The notes under the pieces are model-generated. The model saw nothing but the letters and a program-made list of their open reading frames with translations. It searched no databases and was not told where the DNA came from. A program made the translations under genes and the position numbers. Of a stretch of 64,000 bases of DNA, positions 28,282-41,374 are shown piece by piece. The stretch covers positions 18,540,001 through 18,604,000 of the forward strand of contig NC_087436.1 of NCBI RefSeq assembly GCF_036321535.1. Direction: 5' to 3'. This DNA comes from Camelus dromedarius (taxonomy: Eukaryota). Each line of letters begins with the position of its first letter. The first letter of the stretch is position 1.

Positions 28282-28561
28282 GATCGACAATGACAATGTG
28301 AATCAACTATAATTCTCAATACATCATTTGATAGAGTGTAAAATAATTCAAGTACTGTGGAAAACTAGTTCCTTCTAAAATTATGTATAATATTTTAGTT
28401 CCTTATACAACTATGACCCCGCATGTGTTAGGATTTTATTCAAGAACAAAGAAGACATATGTTCACAAAGAAGCTCAAACATCTGTTGGTAGATACATAG
28501 ATAAACAATTGAGATCTATCCACGTGGAACTTTAGGTAGCAGTAAAAAATGAACAAAGTCC

Positions 28562-28600
28562 GTGATCATTTTGGCAGCACATGTACTAAGAAAAAAAAAA
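28562..28600 (+). pseudogene. U6 snRNA 5'-fragment pseudogene with A tail
   Basis: gtgatcattttggcagcacatgtactaa vs U6 GTGCTCGCTTCGGCAGCACATATACTAA: 23/28 identical, two differences at CpGs; followed by A10. Confidence 0.7.
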
Positions 28601-30102
28601 GAAAATAGTACTAATACAACTTAAAAGAATCTCCAAAACATTGTATTAGAAGATCAACTTCTGAATGACAGAGTAATGGCTGCCCCAAATCCGCTCTTCT
28701 GTAAAAGCAATGAGAACACTGGCAACACTTGTCAAAATTATCTTTTCAGAATTCTGGACATTAATTAAAGGCTTGCTATAATCCTAGGAGTGTTTATTCA
28801 ACTAAAAATGTCACAGTCTTGCTAAAATTTTTTTTTTTAAAAGGAGCTATGACCATCTGTGGAGGGATGACCCCACCACCAAGGGGAGTAGAAGCCATCA
28901 GTGCTCCACCTCACTCTCCTCCCCTGATCTCACATTCATGTCCCCTATTGGCCGAACCCAACTAGAAGCCAGAGGACAAAGGAGCCTGCTGATGTAGTCC
29001 AAAGAGATTAGCCTCCCTGGGAGTAGAATACAGCAAAGAAGGGCAGAGGATGGATTTGGAGGGATACATGGTAGAAAGCCAACCCAGCATAACAAGACAA
29101 AGTATTCAAAATAATACTTGAGCTTAAAATAGTCTCACTTCCTAGTGCTTCCATGACTGACTAACTTTTTTTTTTATTATGAAAGGGAATGAGCTGGAAA
29201 TTAAATGTTTAGGACATAAATCTGCCTACATTTATATGATAAACAGTATTATTTATTTTTATTCCACACCTATATAAATGCATCATTTACATCATTTTAC
29301 TTGTTCATGTCCTTCTGAAATTGGCTGATACATTGCTATCATCACTCCTGTTTTACCTGCAGGGAATGATCCATTATGATTTTTGAATATGCTCGCATTT
29401 TTTCTGTAACCGTTGAACTGGCCTGGTGCCGACTTGACCCAATTATTTCAGCCATCTTCATGTTTGATTCTCATCACTATGGGTTGAGTGAACTGTGTGG
29501 CCATCTACACTGATTATGAAGGGACTCACAAGTGATAGGATCAGCGGTGCCATGGCCTGGTCACGCTGTGCAGACGCAGTCTTCTCAAGAATCAGTTTTA
29601 AAAAATCAGCAGAAGGAAAGGTGCTGAGCCTTTCTAGTTCTTTTCCACTTGAATTTTCAGCTACACTGTCACCAGCAGTTTTTTTTTAAAAAGCTAATAC
29701 AGTAGGGCAGGTGTCCCTAAATAAGTGCCCTGTCTTTGGAAAGAGCAAATGGGTGACATTATCCAGATCTGAAGTTTACAGCAACACTGAACTGACCATA
29801 CTAGTTATCCTCAGGAAGCCCTAAACTGCACGACATATATTTTCTGAAAGAGGTGAAGCAAAGCAGAATGAGAGCAAAATTTGCAACTGAAGGCTAGTTA
29901 AAATTTTATGCAAAAATATAGAATACTAAAATGAGGCTTGGTGGTCAGTCTAGTTTTCTTTCCAATTATTGTCAGTCCTTAAAAATCTGTAGTAAAGGGC
30001 TACATTGTATATTGTGTCGTTGTTTTTACTCCTGGTCTTAAAGAACTTCAGCTTTAAGAGAGGGATGCTAGTTTCTTAATCAGATTATTTTAATCTTGGG
30101 AG

Positions 30103-30106
<4 letters not shown>

Positions 30107-30145
<39 letters not shown>
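30107..30145 (+). repeat. (TG)19 microsatellite
   Basis: Direct read. Confidence 0.95.
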
Positions 30146-30147
<2 letters not shown>

Positions 30148-30420
30148 AGTTACAAATTCTTAGATCTAGCTGGTTTGTTTTTCCCCAAAAATATTTTATA
30201 AAGCTAGACACTTTCTTATCATGGAAGCCTATTGATAGGAACTCATACTTCTAACATTCATATTATTTATTTATTATAAACATTATGTTATGTATTACAC
30301 ATACAATGTATAATAATATCTATTGTGGAGACCACGTAATCCAGTTTACTGCTGATTTAAAAAAAAAGATTTATTTAGTTTAACTGGAACACTTTCTTCA
30401 AGAAACAGTTAGGTATCTTA

Positions 30421-30901
30421 TATTACAAAACCAAATTTGGGTCTGTTCACCCACATGCAGTAAAGCCAATCTGTTGACACCGGGTGGTGGTGAAGGAAAG
30501 TGCAGCGCCAAGCAAAGAGTCCCGGGCAGCTAATGCTCAGAACGCTAGGACTTCCTGATGGGTTTCAGCACAACATTTTTAAAGGCCAGGTGAGGGAGGT
30601 GGGTCCCAGGGTATGTGATCAGCTCATGCACAATTCTCTGATTGGTTGATGGCGAGGTAACAGGGTGAGGTCACAGGAGTTAACATTATGAATCCTTAGG
30701 TGCCAGTAGGTCTGGGGGCTATGTGTTCACGGTCATCAAATAGTTAAGGTCTTCCATTTGGTGGGGCTTTTAGCACCTGTAAAACAACCCAGGAAATGTG
30801 CATCAGATACTGTTATCTGGGTACTTCAGAGAGGAGCTACAGCAGAGGATAGGGGGACGGGTCTGCCCAGGAAAGGCCAGATAGGGTCCTGCTCGGGTAC
30901 A
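30421..30901 (-). mobile_element. ERV1-type solo LTR
   Basis: Shares gacaccgggt.gtggtgaaggaaagtgc and tgtgatcagctc.tgcacaattctctgattggttgatgg with 34169-34417; ends agggtcctgctc...ca like 41374. Confidence 0.75.
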
Positions 30902-30910
30902 TGAAGAGTA

Positions 30911-31362
30911 TGCAGCTGAATTTACTGTTCTGATAGTTGTGGAATAAAATTCATATTTTATGGCAAGACAAGAAAAATTTAAACATAAGAACATTTCTCT
31001 GCCCTTTGGACTCCTCTCTTCCCTCTACTGTGCATATCTGTATTATGCATCGACCAAACCTCCCCATCCTCAGAAATACCAACAAGACAACTCCTTAAAA
31101 GATAACATTCCTTCTTAATCTTGTTAAGGGGCCGTGTTGACCCATGACCCACTACTCACTAGACTGTATAAACTGTCAATAATATGTCACTTAATGTACA
31201 GCCCTCTATCTCAAAACCTTATATAACTGCGCTTCGACCTCTGAGGGGCGGAACAGTTCTCAGAGCTTTCTGAGAGGCTATTCCTGGGTTATCATCCTCA
31301 ATTTGGCTCAAATAAAATTTTCCATTTATTTCTTAGATCAACTGAATAATTTTTTGTCAGCA
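30911..31362 (+). mobile_element. ERV solo LTR related to the intron-1 ERV
   Basis: 5' aataaaattcatattttatggcaagacaagaaaaatt matches about 15883-15920; 3' cggaacagttct...tttggctcaaataaa matches about 17026-17095. Confidence 0.75.
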
Positions 31363-32299
31363 AGTGGGAAAATATCTTTTCTGATTCTCTGATACTTCTT
31401 ATCCAGCCTGTACACCGTTGTGCATTTAGTCTTACATGCATTTAAGTGTGATGCCCAACTCAAAAAATACTGAGTGAATGAATTCAGAATAAGTGAATGA
31501 ATGATTGAAGGAATAAATATTAGATAAAAGTTCAGGCTTTCAACTCCTCTCTCCCCATGATACTTTTTCTGACTGTTCCAGACCTCAGTGATTACTCCCT
31601 ATTCTGTATCATACATTTCATGGTTCGAAGAGGCCACCTAAAGAATTGATTATATTCTATGTATTATATCCACTCAATCAAATTTTAAATGGCTAGGACT
31701 GTGCTTTATACACTCACTTTTTTCTATTACACTTGGCACAGTGCTTTATCATAGCCTACCAATATATATTAGTTGTCATTTACACGGAAATTCTGGGAAG
31801 AAAAGAAACAACTTCCAAGCTGTTGTTCCATTTACGCTTTGACCTTTCTTTCCAGAAGAAGGTTCTTGAGTCCGAAGTATTGTCAATAGCAATTTACATG
31901 ATTATATCAAGTATGGCTTTTGGTTTCGATTGTGCCAAACTAAATATAACTTGAGAGTAAACACAGATTGTTCTCTTGCTACAAGTAAGAAGTTAAAAGT
32001 AGTTCTGATAATATTTCCTGCAGTGGATGAGCAGGGTCAAGGGCCAGTGTGGAACAGGGAAGAGAGCTCTGTGCCAGGAGTCAGAGCTTTTCTCCAGACG
32101 TGTAGATTGGGTGGTTGTTTTGTGTCTCTGCTCCCTGTGAAATGAGAAAGGAGGAAGTCCAATATGGTGGGTTTTAAGAACTTTTTAGAAAAAGGATAAG
32201 ATTTGTTGAAATGCAATGTCGGGGGAAAGGCCACCACATAATGACAAACAGAGCTCCTGAGGCTCCCTGAAACACTGGCCACCACTGGGTGGTACAAAG

Positions 32300-32490
32300 A
32301 ACACTCTTTGGAGCCAGACCAACCTTACCACTTACAAGCTCTGGGACCTTGGGTAAGATGTAATCTCTTGGAACCTCAGTTCCTCATGTGTAATGGGAAC
32401 GAGAGTGGCAGTAACCGAAGGGGGTTGACGCAAGCATTAAATGAGATAATAAGTGCAAAGCTCTTCACATAGAGCCTGTTATATGGTACT
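32300..32490 (+). mobile_element. MIR SINE
   Basis: ctttggagccagac...gaccttgggtaag...cctcagttcctcatgtgtaatggg...attaaatgagataat. Confidence 0.75.
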
Positions 32491-33047
32491 TCCCCATGCA
32501 GTAGACACCTACGAGCTCCTTTGCCCCATCCTCTCCATTGTCTTCCAGAAACTGTTCCTTCCTTCCCCATCCACTTGGTACAGCAGGAGCAGCTACGTTA
32601 TAACATCACTCAGCCCACTAGCCAATGAGTCCTTTCTCAGAGTTTCTTGCTTGAAGCTATCAAGGGGCAGAGCTGAGAGGGCCTCTCTCCAGTGAGCACA
32701 TCTAAAGAAGCTGTAAGAAACAGAGCTCAGGAGCTGTCAGCAGTTAGCACGGGTTTCCTGCAGGGGAACAGGTTAGTCTGCAGAGATACTGGGAAAGGCG
32801 CGTGTAAGGGCAGGGCAGCAAGAGAGACAAGAACCCCAAGAGCCCCGATGGGGTTTGTGTTCCTGTTTCCAACTCTTCCTAAGACCCAGCAACATTCCTG
32901 ACCTCAGTTCCTTGAGCCACCCCAGGATCTTCATAACAAATTCCTCTTTTTCTTCTGTAGTCTGCTGAATTACCTAATGGAAGCTTCCTTAAGCTGGGAA
33001 TGATGTTTCCCAGAATCTTCTTCCATGCACGGTTCTGGATTAGTGTT

Positions 33048-33530
33048 TGTTGCCGCAAAACCAGCCTCTGTACCCTGAAAACCAGATTGAGACTTGGAGG
33101 CAGAGTTTTAGGGAAATTAGAAAAGAACAGCTTTACTACTTTGCCAGGCAAAGGGAGTCACAGCCGGCTAGTGCCTTGAGACTGTGAATCCGTCTTGGGG
33201 TTGGGGTCCTGAGGTTTTATGGAGAAATGGGTTGGGACAGGAAAGGTGATAACAATCAGGGGGTTTTATAGGGTGCTGCATTCCTCTTCTCCCTGGCCTC
33301 AGGAGGAACTCCCGAGGGTCTGTCCATTCTTCTGAGATTACCAGCCTCCTTCCTGGGGCGTAGCCTCTGGGTTAAAGCTATTAGTGATCAGTAAACAGTT
33401 TTAGCATTGGGGAAGCCAGTTTGTTTGTTTGTTTGTTTCTCCTTCATGTTGGCCAAAGAGGAACTTCCAAGAGATTTTGCAAGTTGAAGGGAAGCACAGA
33501 CCATTATACTCGAAAGGGTGTCCTGGTCAA
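33048..33530 (-). mobile_element. ERV1-type LTR (right boundary uncertain)
   Basis: tgttgccgcaaaaccagc...gaaaagaacagctttactactttgccaggcaaaggg LTR terminal motif. Confidence 0.6.
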
Positions 33531-34168
33531 ACCGAGGTGTTTGTGGGTCCCACCTGATTCTTGCTCTCTTCCACTCTGTCCAGCTCACCTTTCTGACTGC
33601 CGGCCCTGCTCACCCAAAGCAGACTCAGCTCCCTTCTCCCCGCTGCCCAGAGCTCGGCTGCGGGCCCACAGAGTGATAGCTGCACAGAGGGACCTCCTTC
33701 CCGCAGATTTCTCTGGGAGCTCCCCTTTGGTGATCCCACTGATGGGGTGGGGCTTGGTTGCTCCTCAGATCTCCCTGCAAGCTCCAACCTACCTCCTCAT
33801 GCCAGTGCTTTCGGAGGGCCAGCTAGTGACATTCTCAGATCCTCTGACTGCACTTCCTCAGCTGCTCCCACGTTTGTGTGAGGTCTAAGTCCTGTAATAA
33901 GTGCCTCTCCGAAGCCTGCTGGCTGCAGCTGGTTTATTTCTTTCTCTTGCATACAAACCGAAATGATAACAGTTATTTTTTACCCTGAGATCCTTTGCAT
34001 TCCTTAAACAAAAGACAGAAGATGAAGGGAAATAGCAAGGCAACAAATAATGTTCTTGGAGCAGAAAAATGATAGATTTTATCATATCATTATATATAGT
34101 TGTGAAGAATAGGTTGATGATAACTCATGATGAGTTTGTTAAAACTGCCTAACATATCCATTTGCTAT

Positions 34169-34417
34169 TGTTGCCAAACCAAACTGGGGTGTGCTCACCT
34201 GAGCTCAGTAAAACCAATTTACTGACACCGGGTTGTGGTGAAGGAAAGTGCTGTGTTTATTGCAGGGCGCCAGACAAGGAGCCGGGACAGCTAGTGCTCA
34301 AAAAAAGCCCAAACTCCCTGGTGGGTTTCAGGAAAGCATTTTCAAAGGCCAGGTGAGAGAGGGGCGTCACAAGCTATGTGATCAGCTCGTGCACAATTCT
34401 CTGATTGGTTGATGGTG
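34169..34417 (-). mobile_element. Truncated ERV1-type LTR, same family as 30421-30901
   Basis: Direct similarity between the two copies in this window. Confidence 0.75.
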
Positions 34418-35305
34418 CAGTTTTCTTCATTCTTCCTTCTCGCTGACTCTTCAGTGACTCAGGTGTGATAACTCCTTTGTAATGTCGTCTACACTTTCCT
34501 GTTCATTATTCCTGGCTGGGTCTATATTGTCATAGGGAGGGACTGCCAGGTGTCTATTAACCAGTCTGCTGCAAGCCACTGACAGGTGAATCTGATTATG
34601 TCTTATTTTGATCATGTCAATTCTCTTCTTTTAACAACCTTCATTTGCTGCACATAAGTATTCAGATAAACTCCGTAATTCTTACTCGGCATTCCCAGGA
34701 CTTCGTAATATGTCCTTGTCCCCTGTACCCATGTCCTCCAGCCAAGTGTTTGTGTGTAGTCACATTACACATGTCCAGCCCTGCTCCTGCACTGCCCTCA
34801 TCCACCCTTCTCCCCCAGAACTTGTTCCCGGCCCTTCTTCCCACAGCTGAATCGACCACATCCACCAAAACTCAGCCCGAGTCCAACCTCCCGTGGGAAG
34901 ACTTCCCTAATTATTCCAGTTCTCTCTTATCTCTTCAGATTCTTCCAGAGAAGAGTCATGGGACTTCTTTTCTGAGCTACCTAGTATACATGTCAACCTA
35001 CTCTCTTGAGTTGCCAGTTATCTTTTCATGATAAATAGTATGTTTCTCAACTTACCTCAAAGGAAAGACATTTGCCATAGCTGTGAGACTCAGAAAAACT
35101 CTGAGCGTTGAAAGGATTAGCCAGTATCCTGTAAAGGGGCTCTCCCGCAGCCAGGTCCATGAATGGAGAGTCGTGGCTGGTAGGTAGAGGCAGTGCCCAG
35201 CAAGGGAACAAAGGCCCACCCCGATCCACCCTTCAGCATCTGGTCTGTCTCTTATCCGAAAACGAGGATTCAGTTCAGCTTGTGGCTGAAGCCAAGACAA
35301 TCCTT

Positions 35306-35690
35306 TGTTTCGGGTTGAGTTCTTTCAGAAGCAGATCCTGAGACAAGGATGTAAACGTGAAGGTTTACTTGGGAGGTGACTGAGGAGAAGCAGGAGGGGA
35401 GTGGGAGGGTGAGATGCAGAAGGGGAGGAACCAGGGTGGGTGCGTTAACGGACAAGTAAATGCTGAGCGCAGCTGGGGCTCCAACCCACAGAGAGCCTCT
35501 TGGATGCTTTGTAGAACATACTCAGAATTGTCTCCCCTCAGAGGGAGGGAGCTAATGCCTTTATCCACCGAAGTACATCCATCATTGACTGCTGGCTGCT
35601 CCGGGCCTAACTTCCCTGCCCTGCTGGCCGATTCCTACCCGTGGTTGAGTTCCTACAGTGGAGAGAGCTCTCAGATGAGGAAATGCAGGG
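35306..35690 (-). mobile_element. LTR16-like ERVL LTR
   Basis: cagaagcagatcctgagacaaggat...tttacttgggaggtga...ggggagtggga resembles recalled LTR16. Confidence 0.7.
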
Positions 35691-36264
35691 GAGGGTTGCC
35701 AGGTTGAGCAAATAAAACTACATGATGCCCAGTTAAATTTGAATTTTCAATAAACAAAAATAATGTTTTAGTGCATGTTATGGACTGAATTCTGTCCTCC
35801 CCAAATTCGTATGTTCAAGTCCTAACCCTCAGTACCTCAGTGTGTGGCAGTGTTTGGAGACGGGATCCTTACACAGGCAATTAAGATAAAATGAGGTCAC
35901 TAGTGTGGGCCCTAATCTGATATGACTGGTGCCCTTATAGGAAGAGATTAGGGCATGGTCACACACACAGGGAAGGCTATGTGAGGACACAGTGAGACAA
36001 CGGACATCTATAAACCAAGGACAGAGGCTTCAGAAGAAACCAACTCTATCGACACCTTGATTTTGGACTTCCAGCTTTCAGAATTGTGAGAAAATACATT
36101 TCTGTTTAAACCCCTGAGTCTGGGTTACTTTGTTATGGTAGCCTTGGCAAACAAATACAGTGTGTGTTGCAATATTGTATGGAATGTACTTATACGAAAA
36201 ATATTTGTTGTTTATCTGAAATTAAAATTTAATTCAGCTTTATACATCTTATCTGGCAACCCTA
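35691..36264. mobile_element. MER53 hAT MITE interrupted by an MLT1 LTR
   Basis: Terminal inverted repeats agggttgccag ... ctggcaaccct; internal cccagttaaatttgaattt / tgtttatctgaaatt. Confidence 0.8.
35776..36159 (+). mobile_element. MaLR LTR (MLT1B/C-like)
   Basis: tgttatggactgaatt...caaattcgtatgtt...ttgttatggtagccttggcaaacaaataca. Confidence 0.85.
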
Positions 36265-36929
36265 ATTTAGGGGCTGGTTTAAGGCATAAGGACAGAGCAG
36301 TGTTTTCAGTTTTTGAGTATCTACCATATGTCTGGAGTGGGGGTTATTGTGGGAATATGGAATTAATAAATGTCTCCAGACCCTACTTTGCTTACTTCTT
36401 GGTATTGTAATTAGGCTTGAATGAATGAAGGGTGTGTATAGAACTGCTGTGAAAATTATAGAGTGCTATAGAAACATGAAATAAAATTACCCATTTTCCA
36501 CCTATTTCCTAAAGCTCTCAGAATAATGTCTAGTACACAGTAGCTGCTCAATAAATATTTTCTAACTCAAAAGGGATTATTATGACAGGTAATTAATCAA
36601 TATTTTTGGATTAATGTCCTAAGACTCAGGCAAGGCTATTTTAATACTATTTTATGTCCTAGACATGTATAATTTTGGAACCTTGCCTCTCATCAGATCA
36701 TTTGAAGTGAATATTTCACATACTAATCAAAGGGTTATATATATGTATTATATATATTCACTATATATGTAAATATATATTTGCAGTAGGTATCTTTTGA
36801 ATTTAAGATTTTTTTTATAATTTAGTTTTTGAAAAGATTTGTCTCATTTAAGATTATCCCTGATACTTTAATTTAAGAGACTAAGGAGCCTATGGCCTTG
36901 GACAGAAAGAAATTTTAATTTTCATTAAC

Positions 36930-37320
36930 TTAAAATTGAAATTTGGCATTTTCTTTAATTATGAATATAAATCAAATATCACATTAACATTAACAATGTC
37001 TCTTTCACCAATAGAAGTCACAGATAGAGTAAGACCACATTACAGGGGTTACAGATATCTCAAAGTATCATTTATACTCATTATTACCTTGACAATACAG
37101 TAGGTATTAAATTTACTGCTAGATATCATTATTTAATGCATTAATAAATGAACACATACATTACTAATTAGTTTTTTTAATATTTTAAAATTTTTATTAA
37201 AAAAATTTTACTTCCTTTGTAATGTATTTTAAAAGATTTTTTTTTTTTTGGAATGGGTTCCAGAAACTTCCCCAGATTTCCAAAGGGATCTACAGCCCCA
37301 AAGTTGTGAAGATCCCCTGC
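36930..37320 (+). mobile_element. hAT-Charlie DNA transposon fragment (MER119-like)
   Basis: Ends ccaaagggatctacagcccaaagttgtgaagatcccctg; similar to 55790-56090. Confidence 0.5.
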
Positions 37321-37549
37321 TAGTTCCTCATGGATGAAACAGCCCAGGTGTGAGTCTCAGTGATCCTGCCTGGTATTGCTGCTTTGTTCTTTTCTGGAAA
37401 CTAGGAGGCACTTAGGAGACTCTGAAGAGTATAAAAAGCAAGGGAAGTATGTCTAAGCTTTACTGGAAAAATTACTAGATGTAATTGTAATTTGGATCTA
37501 ATCTAGACTTACTACCTTTACTATCCTTGCAATAGGTACAGTTGTTCAC

Positions 37550-37775
37550 TGAATCAACAATTCTTTATTGAGGGCTTACCATGCACCAGACCCTGAGCAT
37601 GGGCTTGGGGGAAGGGTTCAGTTCCTCCTCTGTCACTCACCAGCTGAGTAACTTCGAATAAGTTATTTCATATCCCTAAGCCTCAGTTTTCTAATCTGTA
37701 AAATGGAGACACTGATCCTCAATTTATAGAGTTGTTGACAGAATTAGATAAGAGAATGGGTGTAAAGTACCGTAA
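37550..37775. mobile_element. L2 tail plus MIR
   Basis: caacaattctttattgagggcttaccatgcaccag; gcctcagttttctaatctgtaaaatggag. Confidence 0.7.
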
Positions 37776-40700
37776 ACACATAAAAGACTACAATTACTGT
37801 GAATCACTGGTTTGTCCATAAAGTCTTGCATCAGTGTTGTTGCTAGCTGTGAAAGAAAAGCATATCAAACTGTCTTCTCATTTAGGGGGTAAAAAATCAG
37901 AAATGCATGTCTTCTTTAAGAATGAACATGAACTTATTTAATTCTTGTTAGCCAAAATTTCAAGGCTAGGGGGAATAGTCTTATAACAAATCCATCTTTT
38001 TTTTTTTTTTTTCTTTTGATGGTGTTTCTCATACCCAAGACACAAAGGGGAAAAGAATCCTCAAAAAGCTGATAAACTATTTAGTTTACTTTATCCTTTC
38101 TTAAAAATACTTAGCCTCTTATATGCTTTTGAAACATTCTTCGTATAATTTCAAACGTCAGGAAAGAGATTATTGTGAAGATATATGAATGTTAAAAATT
38201 GTATCAGTTTACACAATGACTCATCAGTAATCTTACAAAACTGTTCTTATAGGTATATTATATTAAAAATTATAAAAAGCTCTACTCACAATTAAAATTT
38301 AAGAGAGCCACTCTACTGTGCTTTTTCCTTGTAATTTACTTTCTAAAAGCCTAAATACAAGACATTCTTTTATTTCCGGTTAATTTTGGCCATTCACAGG
38401 CGTAAACCATGGTAATAACAGTAATCACCACCAGGTTGCACTGTAGTTCCACAATGGAAACAGACTAGGGTCTGAAGAATTCTCAGAGGTCTTAGTTAAC
38501 CATATTATTTCTGTTTTTTGAAGAAAAGAGTGGGTTGAGACAAACATTTAAAAAGAAGAAGAAAAGGTTTTGCTGAAAAAAAAAGAATTCCAAATTCACT
38601 ATGATTAAAAAATTTGGTATTCAGCAAAAAAATTTCTTTGAGAATGTTGTTATAGTTCTTTTTAGAAAAAAAATTGCGTTTACCTCAGTCCTGTTAGTTA
38701 AAACTATTTTCCTAATGGCAAGCAAAACAAAACAAAACTCTGTCGAAAGTTTTGTTTCCTATTTTCTGCAGTTGTTGATGGATAAGACTGTTTTTTTAAA
38801 TACCAACATAAGGTATATTTTATTTTAAAATCCTAGTAGTATCTTTGATAAAAATCAGACTTTGGAAAATATATGAACATTCCAACTTGAAACAACTTTT
38901 TTTTTTTCAAGGAAGGTTCCCCCTCCCCCCTCCCCTTTTTCTTTTCTGCTCTTGTTTTTCCCAAATGTCAATATTTATGAGTCAGGGGTTGTGGGAAATG
39001 TTACCTAGAGCTTCAGGGGGCCAGAGTTTGCCCTCTTCCATCCCGGGGGAGTTGAGTATGAGTGCCAGAGGGCAATGTTTGGCTGGAAGGACCCAATCCC
39101 TTCTTTCTTTGCACCCTGTGGGATGCCCTTTGAAGTGAAAGAAAATTCTGTACTCAGCTCTGCTTCGTGAGATGTCAACTTAAGATGAGCCATGCATACA
39201 AGTTTCTGTATAGCCTTTTGGCATAAAAACAGATGCAGACTTACAGAAAACAAAAAAGCCAGAATTATGCAAGTAATTTTGAGATTTTGAGAACTCCTCA
39301 GATAACATATTCACAAGTCTGAATTTTTGGATATCACCTGTCAAATTTATTCAGTTAAAAAAAAAGAAAAAAATTTCTGGATAAGACCATTTTTTTGCCA
39401 CATCACTGTCAAAATATCAGTCACTTTAGGTTTAACCCCTTTTAGGACTGGAGTGGTGGTAGTTTTAGCAATGGTGAAGACAGAAGGCTATAACAATGAA
39501 ACCCTCATAAAAATAAGGCAAGAATCTCACAGAATATTGTAAAGCTTATATTTATTTTTAAAGTTGAGTTGCTATCCCTGAAGATGATGAAAACAATTCC
39601 TTATTTAATCCAATGACATCTTTTAGTTTGTTTCTTTTCAAGTCGTCAGCGATTAGGGGCTGAACAAGAAAATAAAAGCTGCAAATGAACAAGATTTACT
39701 AGGCAGAATAAACTGGGAGATAAGCTGGAAAATTGGGGCCATTAACAAATGAAAAAAAAAACCAACAGAAACAGTTTAAAAAACAAAAAAGTCACCAGTA
39801 AAATATGTCTCTGAGGTCAAATGAAATGCCCTGACATTGATTCTCAATTTCCTCTTCATTTTATTTAAAGGATCCTCTCTTTATCGTTTTCCTAATTTAA
39901 ATCTTTAACCTATTACCCCCATAGGTTGTTAAGTCTCGTGGTATCTTTTAACTAAGGATCATTTTTTCCCCCTTTGTTCTATATATTTCAACAATTCTTT
40001 ATTTAGATTGCTTTATTTTTATAAGTCCCACTCAGATGCTTAATTGGTTCAAGCACTTAACTGGTTTGCAAAGGCTTCCTTGTTAAATAACAAGATAAAA
40101 ATTCACAGAACATTTTATTTTCCCAGATGGGGAGATAATTGCGCTATTTCATTTTGGAGAAAAGTATGGCAAAAGAATTATTCAGATTAATGAAAAAATA
40201 ATTAGGGGGTATGTCAACATCAGTTTTTTCGGGGGAAAAAAAGGTTTTCTGTGGGAAGATATACTTGCATTTCACTCCATGGGCGTGGACTTTGGCTTTT
40301 TTCTTGGGGCGGTCAGCTAATTCTGAACGCATTTCTCCCACTTGCCAGTGAAATGCCTTTGTTCTGCTGTTTAAATCCCCACACCTGAGTGTCTTTATCT
40401 ATAAATAGGAATAAAACTATTTAGCTCAGAGATGTTGAGAAGATTAAGTCAGTGCCGTGTTTAGTTCTTGGTGCATAACAGGTGCCAGGTGTGATGATTT
40501 CCTTCTGCATTTCGTCATCGACAGGAACACAAAAAACAAAACACCTCTATGGGGGCCAAATACAAATTTTGTTTAAACTAATTTGTATATCACCTAACAT
40601 TCCAGGACATGCCATTCTTGCAACCCAATCATAGACAGGCTTAATGAAATTAAACTTTGGAAACAAAACTTTGAAACTGAAAATGTAAATTCTAGTTAGT

Positions 40701-40776
40701 AGACTTAGTATTTTAACATTTTGTTAATAGTCATATGTACACTTAATGTAGGTTTATCTGTTGTGAATAGCATATA

Positions 40777-41374
40777 TGTTACCAAACTCAGGTTGGGCTG
40801 ATCACCGCTTGAAAGCCAATAGTCAAAAGACAAGTGCTGGTAGGAACAGAAGCTGCTTTATTCGAGGAGACCAGAAAGCTGGGGAGATGGTGGACTTATG
40901 TCCAAAAACCAACTCCAAAGATTCTGTTAGGCCATGAAAGTTTTAGAAGGGAGACTCATTTGGGATGGGGGTCAGAGTCTTCATTATCTTCCACTGCATG
41001 CAGACTTTCTCCTGACTGGTTTGAGGTGAGGTAATAGGGCGATGCTCCAGGAATCTGGTCCTCAGCCTGAAGTTACCATCCTCCACCTGCGTAGGGGCCT
41101 TAGTTCCTGCAAAAGAACTCAAATATATATTGTTTTGTATGTTCCTTGAGGAGGAACCAGGACCCTGCCCCATGGCTGCACTGCTGTTTTTTGTCTGCCC
41201 CTCCCTTGTTCCTGCATTCCCTCCCTTGTCTGGTAAGCAACTGTTTGAAACTGCCCTTTGGAACTCACGGAAGGTCAAGGAGGCTGAATGAAGCCTATTT
41301 CCTACAAACAAGAAATGGGGGACACGGAAAGAATTTGTACAAGGGAGGACCCCACAGGGTCCTGCTCCATTTCA
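40777..41374 (-). mobile_element. Complete ERV1-type solo LTR with 4-bp TSD
   Basis: TG...CA termini flanked by tata (40773-40776) and tata (41375-41378); tttatt poly(A) signal on the minus strand near 40857. Confidence 0.85.

Larger units (their letters stand above)
27960..29090 (-). mobile_element. ERVL-class LTR (LTR33/LTR41-like) split by a ~690-bp insertion
   Basis: cctattggccgaacccaactagaagccagagg...gatggatttggagg terminal motif; the two halves join across a duplicated 15-mer. Confidence 0.55.

Noticed and set aside
33421..33888. 155-aa ORF
   Set aside because: Non-ATG start, overlaps LTR-derived sequence, and has no splice or domain support.
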